DNA of 64,000 nucleotides, from NCBI GenBank assembly GCA_035489815.1, contig DATHJH010000004.1:2131-66130 (forward strand), read 5' to 3'. Made by a program: the position numbers and the translations under genes. Origin of the DNA: Candidatus Limnocylindria bacterium (GTDB lineage: Bacteria > Patescibacteriota > Saccharimonadia > Saccharimonadales > JAGQNK01). Positions 15,207 to 21,872 of the stretch are shown here, in pieces; the stretch's first letter is position 1; every line of letters begins with the position of its first letter. The notes beneath the pieces are model-generated. The model did no database searches, was not told the DNA's origin, and saw only the letters and a list, made by a program, of their open reading frames with translations.

Positions 15207-16259
15207 ATGCAGTATGAAAATCAGAAGATTGTTGACGTTGCTGAAGTACTGAAGGCACGGATGGATCAAGCAAAAAACAAGGCAGAAGTGCTAAAAGCCG
15301 TGGAGCTAAAAGCACTCTATGCGGAAATCCCCACTTTACCCGCAGACCAGCGAGCTGGGTTTGGCAAAGAAATCAACCAGCTAAAAGCAGAGCTGGAGCA
15401 ACAAATTGCCGGGCATCAGGAAAATGATGAACAGTTACCGCCAATAGATGTCACTGCACCATTTGACGTCAACGTCGGCGACAAAAAGCCGCAGCTGCTG
15501 CCATCAGAAACCGGCAGCAAGCACCCGCTCATGAGCGAATTGGATAAAGTACTGGATATCTTTGGTCGGATGGGCTTCACACCCGTAGAGTCACGTCAAC
15601 TTGACGATGAATATCACATGTTCAGTTCGCTGAACTTCCCAGAGGGGCATCCGGCCCGCGACGACTACGATACCTTCATGACCAAGGAAACAGACAAAAA
15701 TGATCATCCATTTGTGGCCCCGGCTCATGCGAGCGTGATGCAAAACCGACTGCTGCAGCAATACAAAGGCAATCTGGAAAAGGGCGAACCCATAAGTGCG
15801 GTATATGCCGGCAGAACCTTCCGTAATGAAGATGTTGATGCCCGGCACGAACATACGTTTTATCAGGTGGAGCTGATGTATGTCGACAAAAACGTTCATG
15901 CGGGTAATCTCGTAGCTGCCTTCAAGACCTTCCTGGAAGAATATTACGGCCAGGAATTAGAGGTTATGAGCCAGCCGTTCTACTTTCCGTTTACCGAACC
16001 AAGCTTTGAGCTTGCACTCAGCTGTCCATTTTGCAAGAAAAAGGGCTGCAACGTCTGTAGTTACACCGGCTGGATAGAGCTGCTGGGTATGGGTATGGTG
16101 CATCCCAACGTACTCAAAATGGGCGGTATTGATCCGACCAGGTACACTGGTTTTGCCGGTGGCATGGGCTTGGACCGGCTGGTGATGATGAAATACGGTA
16201 TAGAAGACGTTCGCAACTTCCACTCCGGCAAGCTAGAATTCCTCAGGCAGTTTGCATGA
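15207..16259 (+). CDS. pheS: Phenylalanine--tRNA ligase alpha subunit
   Basis: Class II aaRS motifs are present (HPARDDYDTF, RTFRNEDVDARHEHTFYQVE, GFAGGMGLDRL). ORF-track ATG 15195 lies inside TATAAT 15191-15196, so ATG 15207 is preferred. Confidence 0.9.
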   Translation: MQYENQKIVDVAEVLKARMDQAKNKAEVLKAVELKALYAEIPTLPADQRAGFGKEINQLKAELEQQIAGHQENDEQLPPIDVTAPFDVNVGDKKPQLLPSETGSKHPLMSELDKVLDIFGRMGFTPVESRQLDDEYHMFSSLNFPEGHPARDDYDTFMTKETDKNDHPFVAPAHASVMQNRLLQQYKGNLEKGEPISAVYAGRTFRNEDVDARHEHTFYQVELMYVDKNVHAGNLVAAFKTFLEEYYGQELEVMSQPFYFPFTEPSFELALSCPFCKKKGCNVCSYTGWIELLGMGMVHPNVLKMGGIDPTRYTGFAGGMGLDRLVMMKYGIEDVRNFHSGKLEFLRQFA

Positions 16260-16864
16260 ACAAAGACAAGCCGGTTATATATGCCTTCATAGACAGTCAA
16301 AATTTGAACCTTGGTGTTCGCTCACAAGGTTGGAAGATGGACTACAAAAAATTTCGACTATACTTAACGAACAAGTATGGCGTGACGAAAGCCTACATGT
16401 TCATAGGCATGGTTGCAGGCAATGAAGGTTTATATCAAACCCTCCAAGAGGCCGGGTTCATTCTTGTTTTCAAGCCGACTGTTCAGTATTTCGAGGACGG
16501 CAAAGAAACTGTAAAAGGCAATGTCGATGCCGAACTAGTATTGCATGCCGCGGCAATTGAATATCAGAATTATACTAAGGCTATCATCGTGACAGGCGAT
16601 GGTGACTTCCGATGTCTCGTTAAGTTTCTGGCTGCTAAAAACAAGCTGCTCAATGTCATGGCGCCGAATAGGTATTTCTCGAAACTCCTAAGAGAGTATT
16701 CTGGCTACATTATTCGTATAGACTTACTCAAAAAAGAATTAGAGTACAAAAAACGCCGGGATCGGCGGTCGGTCGAAACCTTAGGCCTACCCGGACATGG
16801 TGATACAAAGAGAATTATAGCAAAGAAGGCCACGAAGAACAAGAAGAAGCGGAGTACTAAATGA
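16256..16864 (+). CDS. NYN-domain (LabA/PIN-like) putative ribonuclease
   Basis: IYAFIDSQNLNLGV...VDAELVLHAA...IIVTGDGDFRCLVKFL matches the NYN acidic-residue pattern. The start overlaps the pheS stop (ATGA). Confidence 0.75.
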   Translation: MNKDKPVIYAFIDSQNLNLGVRSQGWKMDYKKFRLYLTNKYGVTKAYMFIGMVAGNEGLYQTLQEAGFILVFKPTVQYFEDGKETVKGNVDAELVLHAAAIEYQNYTKAIIVTGDGDFRCLVKFLAAKNKLLNVMAPNRYFSKLLREYSGYIIRIDLLKKELEYKKRRDRRSVETLGLPGHGDTKRIIAKKATKNKKKRSTK

Positions 16865-17193
16865 GCTTGCAAGAACTACAGCATCGTGCACTTGAAGTTG
16901 CTAATCATTACGATGAGTACAATAGGCTTGCCAGTCACAAGGCATGGGATGTTCGCGATTATGTTTCGGGCTTGGTAGGAGACGTAGGCGACTTGGTAAA
17001 AGCCACCATGGCTATGGATGGTCGCCGTGATATGCCGGCTGCTGCAAAAAAAGTTGAACATGAGTTAAATGACATTATGTGGTCGCTTCTGCTGCTGTAT
17101 AAAATGTATGGGCTTAATCCAGACCAGTCTTTCTTGGATGCGATGAGCACATTGGAAAAAAGAGTAGTATCTATGAAAGAGGGTCTGGCATGA
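16861..17193 (+). CDS. MazG-like all-alpha nucleotide pyrophosphohydrolase
   Basis: About 110 aa, helical. The segments GLVGDVGDLVKA and KVEHELNDIMWSLLLL resemble the MazG-like metal-binding helices. ATGA-coupled to the NYN gene. Confidence 0.6.
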   Translation: MSLQELQHRALEVANHYDEYNRLASHKAWDVRDYVSGLVGDVGDLVKATMAMDGRRDMPAAAKKVEHELNDIMWSLLLLYKMYGLNPDQSFLDAMSTLEKRVVSMKEGLA

Positions 17194-17468
17194 GCAAGGT
17201 TATAGAGAAAAAGATCCGTACAGACTATTTTGACCAGGTTAAATCCGGTCAAAAGACTTTTGAACTGCGGCTTGCTGATTGGGACTGCCAACCGGGTGAT
17301 GTACTGGTACTCAAGGAAGTCGACATCAACGGCCAATACACCGGCCGGTCTCTTCGTAAAAAAGTTGGTTTTATAGTCAAAACCAAAGAGCTTGACTTCT
17401 TCACCCCACAAGAAATTGAAGAACACGGTTATCAAGTAATTTCTCTGTTGGAAGAGGGTGCGGCATGA
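17190..17468 (+). CDS. ASCH-fold protein (DUF3850-like)
   Basis: KIRTDYFDQVKSGQKTFELRLADWDCQPGDVLVLKEV....YTGRSL matches the DUF3850/ASCH beta-barrel pattern. ATGA-coupled on both sides. Confidence 0.65.
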   Translation: MSKVIEKKIRTDYFDQVKSGQKTFELRLADWDCQPGDVLVLKEVDINGQYTGRSLRKKVGFIVKTKELDFFTPQEIEEHGYQVISLLEEGAA

Positions 17469-19948
17469 AAATTAGTCTGAATTGGGTCAAGCAGTTTACG
17501 GACATTGATTTGTCTGTTGATGAGTTAGTCACAAAAATTGGCGCGCAATTGGGAGCGGTCGAAGAGGTTATTGATCTGGGGGCAAAGTACAAAGACGTTG
17601 TCATTGCCCAGATTGTTGAGAAAAAGGATCACCCAAATGCTGACAAATTGGCTATCTACCAAGCACAAGTCGGCCGTGAAGAGCTGGTGCAGGTGGTGTG
17701 CGGTGACAAAAACCTTCAGGTAGGCGACAAAGTGGCTTGGATTCAGCCCGGAGCGGTTGTACCCAGTACCCACGACAAGGAACCCTTCACTATGGAGGCC
17801 CGGCCGCTGCGCGGCGAGGTCAGCAACGGCATGTTCGGCAGCGGCGCAGAACTACTGCTGAATGACAATCACGGCAGGGTGGTAGCCCTGGACACACCGG
17901 CCGACCCTGGCACATTGTTTGCGGATGCCTATGAACTAAACGATTTCATTGTAGATATAGAAAACAAGATGTTCACCCACCGGCCGGACTGCTTTGGTAT
18001 TTTGGGTGTGGCCCGGGAAATTGCCGGCATCCAAAACAGTGCCTTCAAATCGCCAGACTGGTACCTGAAGTCCCTGGACCGGGTGAAACCCGGCAAAACC
18101 AAATTGCCGCTGGACGTCCGCAACCAGGCCGGCGAATTGGTCCCGCGGTTCATGGCTGTAGCCATGGCAGATGTCAAAATGGGCGACAGCCCGCTCATAA
18201 TTCAGTCATACCTGAGCCGTGTGGGGCTGAAGTCTATTAATAACATTGTGGATGTCACTAATTATCTGATGATACTGACTGGCCAGCCTTTGCATGCCTA
18301 CGACTACGACAAGGTGAAAGAGCGCAGTGGGGACATGCCGGTCCTGATTGCCCGAAAGGCCGGAGCAAAGGAAAAAATCAGGCTGCTAAATGGTAAAGAG
18401 ATTGCCTTTGACGACCCCGCCATACTCATTGCCACCGACAAAGAACCGATTGGCGTCGGCGGCATCATGGGCGGTGCGGATACTGAGGTGGACGAAAATA
18501 CCAAAAACATTATTCTAGAGTGCGCCAACTTTGACATGTACTCCATCCGCCGCACTGCTATGAAGTACGGGTTGTTTACCGATGCGGTAACCCGGTTCAA
18601 CAAAGGGCAGAGTCCCTTGCAGAATGACATTGTGCTGGAGGAGGCTGTTGCCACTGTGCAGTACGTTAGCGGCGCGCACGTTGCCAGTGATGTATTCGAT
18701 GTAAAAACCCAGCTACAAAAACCGGCGCCAGTAAAAGTTACAAACGGCTTTATAAATGTGCGGCTGGGGCTGGATTTGCCTGCAGAGGACATGGCCCGGT
18801 TGCTGGAAAATGTGGAGTTCATGGTAGATGTCCATGGTGATGAATTGTCGACCGCGCCGCCATTTTGGCGCACAGATATTGAAATCCCGGAGGACATCGT
18901 CGAGGAAGTCGGACGACTGTATGGCTTTGACCATTTGCCGGTAGTATTGCCAAAGCGCACTATCAAGCCCGCCCAAAAGGACAATTTGCTTGATCTAAAA
19001 ACCAGGATCCGCGATGTCCTGGCCAAAGCCGGTGCCAACGAAGTCCTGACCTACAGCTTTGTCCACGGCAACTTGCTGGACAGGGTAGGCCAGGACAAGA
19101 CCAAGGCCTTCGAGCTCAGTAATGCCCTGAGCCCGGACCTCCAATACTATCGCCTCAGCCTGACGCCAAGCCTGCTGGAGAAAATTCACCCCAACATAAA
19201 GGCCGGCTATGATGAATTCGCTATTTTTGAAATTGGCAAAGTGCACATCAAAGGCCTTTTAGATGACAAAAACGGCGAAAACGTGCCCAGAGAGCTTAAC
19301 CGCATTGCCTTGGTTTTTGCCGCCAGCCCTAAAGCCCAAAAATCCTACCAAGGCGCAGCATACTACCAGGCCAATACGTACCTGCACAAAGTTCTAAACA
19401 CGTTCGTCGGGCAAGGGGCACTCACCATGAAGCCTTTGCATGAAGCCGACTTTGGCGAACACCTCCTCATACAACAAATGACGACACCCTATAACCCAGA
19501 GCGGGCAGCAGTGCTTGTCAAAAATGATCTGGTTGTTGGTGTAGTGGGTGAGTACCGAACTGACGTAGCAAGGAGCCTCAAGCTGCCTGCATACACTGCT
19601 GGTTTTGAGATATTTCATAGTTTCCTCATGGCCGACCCGGCGGAGCTGTATACACCAATTTCAAAGTTTCCGAAGGTTGAACAGGACATTTCTTTGAAGG
19701 TTTCCGGAGACCAACCATATCAGCCGCTGTTTGATGAGCTTTTGGCCGGGCTGCACGAACTATCAGATGAAAACCTAAAAACCAGTCTCATGCCTCTGGA
19801 TATTTATAAAAAAGACGGGAACAAGCACTTCACCTTCCGTCTCTCTGCTGCTCACTACGGCAAAACACTAAAAGCCGCAGAGATAAACCAGCTCTTGGAC
19901 AAATTAGCCGACCGGGCCAAACAAAAGTTCAACGCCGAAAGGATTTAG
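17465..19948 (+). CDS. pheT: Phenylalanine--tRNA ligase beta subunit
   Basis: N-terminal tRNA-binding domain (HPNADKL..VVCG), then B3/4, B5 and FDX-ACB-like regions, at the typical length of 827 aa. Confidence 0.9.
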   Translation: MKISLNWVKQFTDIDLSVDELVTKIGAQLGAVEEVIDLGAKYKDVVIAQIVEKKDHPNADKLAIYQAQVGREELVQVVCGDKNLQVGDKVAWIQPGAVVPSTHDKEPFTMEARPLRGEVSNGMFGSGAELLLNDNHGRVVALDTPADPGTLFADAYELNDFIVDIENKMFTHRPDCFGILGVAREIAGIQNSAFKSPDWYLKSLDRVKPGKTKLPLDVRNQAGELVPRFMAVAMADVKMGDSPLIIQSYLSRVGLKSINNIVDVTNYLMILTGQPLHAYDYDKVKERSGDMPVLIARKAGAKEKIRLLNGKEIAFDDPAILIATDKEPIGVGGIMGGADTEVDENTKNIILECANFDMYSIRRTAMKYGLFTDAVTRFNKGQSPLQNDIVLEEAVATVQYVSGAHVASDVFDVKTQLQKPAPVKVTNGFINVRLGLDLPAEDMARLLENVEFMVDVHGDELSTAPPFWRTDIEIPEDIVEEVGRLYGFDHLPVVLPKRTIKPAQKDNLLDLKTRIRDVLAKAGANEVLTYSFVHGNLLDRVGQDKTKAFELSNALSPDLQYYRLSLTPSLLEKIHPNIKAGYDEFAIFEIGKVHIKGLLDDKNGENVPRELNRIALVFAASPKAQKSYQGAAYYQANTYLHKVLNTFVGQGALTMKPLHEADFGEHLLIQQMTTPYNPERAAVLVKNDLVVGVVGEYRTDVARSLKLPAYTAGFEIFHSFLMADPAELYTPISKFPKVEQDISLKVSGDQPYQPLFDELLAGLHELSDENLKTSLMPLDIYKKDGNKHFTFRLSAAHYGKTLKAAEINQLLDKLADRAKQKFNAERI

Positions 19949-19950
19949 CC

Positions 19951-21776
19951 ATGAGGCTCGCTATCCTCCTCCGTCATTCCGGGCTTGATGCGGAATCCAG
20001 TCAAAAACGAACAAACTGGATCCCGCATCAAGTGCGGGATGACATCGGGTGGAAACTTGGCCTGATACTTGCGGCACTCTTGTTTTGTTTGACCGTCCCC
20101 GCAAAAGTTCATGCTGACGTGAATGACTTTGTCGTTCACGATTTTCATGGCCGCTATGAACTCAGCAAGGATGTACATGCCGGCAAGTTGGCCGTGACAG
20201 AAACCATCAAACTGACTTTTTCTGACCAAAACCACGGCATAGAGCGAGCCATTCCGGTAGATTACCGGGGCAGTTTGCTCAAGCTGGACATAAAATCAGT
20301 CACACGGGACGGCCAGCAGGAAGACTACACCACCTACCGCCAGAGCAATAACCAGGTGCTGCGGATTGGTGATGCCGACAAAACCATCACCGGCCAGCAT
20401 GCCTACGAGATCAAATACGAAATGCGAAACATCATCGACTTTTACAGCGAATACGATGAATGGTACTGGGACATAAACGGCGACCAGTGGCAACAGCCGT
20501 TCGAAAGGTCAGCGGTGAGGTTATTATGCCTGCCGGCTGGCAAGTTGAAGGCATCCCCAGTGCGTCCTGCTACACTGGCAAGTTCGGAAACACACAATCT
20601 GTTTGTGACATCACCAGAACGGCGACCGGCTATACGTTTTCAGCACGAGGGCCACTGGGCCCCGGCGAAACGCTGACAGTTGCAACGCCCTTCCAGAAAG
20701 GCTTGTTTACTCCGCGGGACCGCAGCGATTGGTACCGTGAAAACGCCTGGCAGTTCGTAGGCTTGGCGGTTGGAGCGAGCCTGAGCTACCTGGCCTTCAG
20801 GCAGTGGTGGCGCTGGGGCAAAGACCATAAGGGCCGGGGAGTCATCATCCCGGAATACCAAGCGCCAAAGGGTTTGACCCCCGCCGAGGCGGGACTACTC
20901 ATGGACTATTCCGTCGATGGCAGAGACCTCACGGCAACCATCATTGACCTGGCTGTCCGCGGGTTCATCAAAATCCACGATACAGAGAAAAAGACCCTTG
21001 GCCTGTTTAAGTCGCATGAATTCAGCCTGGAACTTGTAAACGACAAAGCGGGCTCTTTGAAATATCACGAAAAAAAGCTGCTGGAAGCACTCTTCAAGCC
21101 ACTCGCAAAAGGTACGATTCAAAAAATAAAAGACATCAAAAAAGCAGAAATGCACACCGCCGTGACCGATATTCGCAGCAAGCTGAAAACTTCGCTGACC
21201 AAAGAACACGGTATGTTTGAGGAAGCGCCATTGAAAGCCCAGGTCATCCTCTGGTCGCTTGGGATCGGAGCCTTTGCTTTGTTATTTATTGTACGGCCGG
21301 GCTGGGGGTGGATAGTCGGCTTGGCGGCAGCAGGCGTCAGCGCCGTTGGGTTTGGATTGCTCATGAAACGCCGCTCCCATGCCGGGGTTGCCGAATACGA
21401 AAAGATCAAAGGCCTGAAACTGTACATGGATACCGCAGAAAAGGACCGGCTCAAAATGATGCAGAGCGTCGACCGGCCGTACGCCGAACCATCCAAAACA
21501 GTAGATCTATTCGAAAAACTCCTACCCTTTGCCGTAGCTCTGGGCGTCGAAAAGTCCTGGTCAAAACAGTTTGAAAACATCTACCGCGAACCGCCCGGCT
21601 GGTACAGCGGTAACTATGCGGCTTTCAATACGGTGTACTTTGCCAGCAGCTTAACCAGTGGAATCTCCACGTTTAATTCCAGCTTCTCGGCATCAACCTC
21701 ATCATCCAGCTCTGGCAGCGGAGGTGGCGGCTTCTCCGGCGGCGGAGGAGGAGGTGGAGGCGGCGGCGGTTGGTAG
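19951..21776 (+). pseudogene. DUF2207-family membrane protein, split by a 1-nt deletion in an A-run
   Basis: ORF 19951..20676 ends its conserved part at ...EWYWDINGDQWQQPFE. ORF 20460..21776 continues with KVSGEVIMPAGW..., then TM helices and a C-terminal poly-Gly tail (GGGGFSGGGGGGGGGGGW) typical of DUF2207. The frames join at gaaagg, 20503-20508. Confidence 0.75.
19973..20043. repeat. Pair of inverted C-type hairpin units (gtcattccgggcttgatgcggaatccagt ... actggatcccgcatcaagtgcgggatgac)
   Basis: Read directly. The unit type is the same as the one embedded in family E and B elements. The pair lies inside the first 31 codons of ORF 19951. Confidence 0.8.
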
Positions 21777-21804
21777 AGTGAGTCTCTAAAAAAAATGGCT
21801 GCCG

Positions 21805-21828
21805 GTCAAAAATCTGCCGGTTTTTGAC
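21805..21828 (+). terminator. Hairpin gtcaaaaa-tctgccgg-tttttgac downstream of the DUF2207 gene
   Basis: An 8-bp AT-rich stem flanked by gagtc/gactc. It is only weakly terminator-like. Confidence 0.3.
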
Positions 21829-21872
21829 TCAGAAGTTATTTTGGGATGGGTTCTAGGCTATACTATCCAGCA

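Noticed and set aside
18304-19038. 244-aa minus-strand ORF inside pheT, and similar antisense ORFs inside other genes (26670..27326 and 26810..27511 in trxB; 55835..56458 in dnaE; 59623..60303 in the CAP gene; 62254..62826 in pilB; 62976..63554 in the malic enzyme gene; 42300..42956; 44112..44711 in uvrB)
   Set aside because: Each lies opposite a confidently identified gene and shows no domain signature. They are treated as shadow ORFs.
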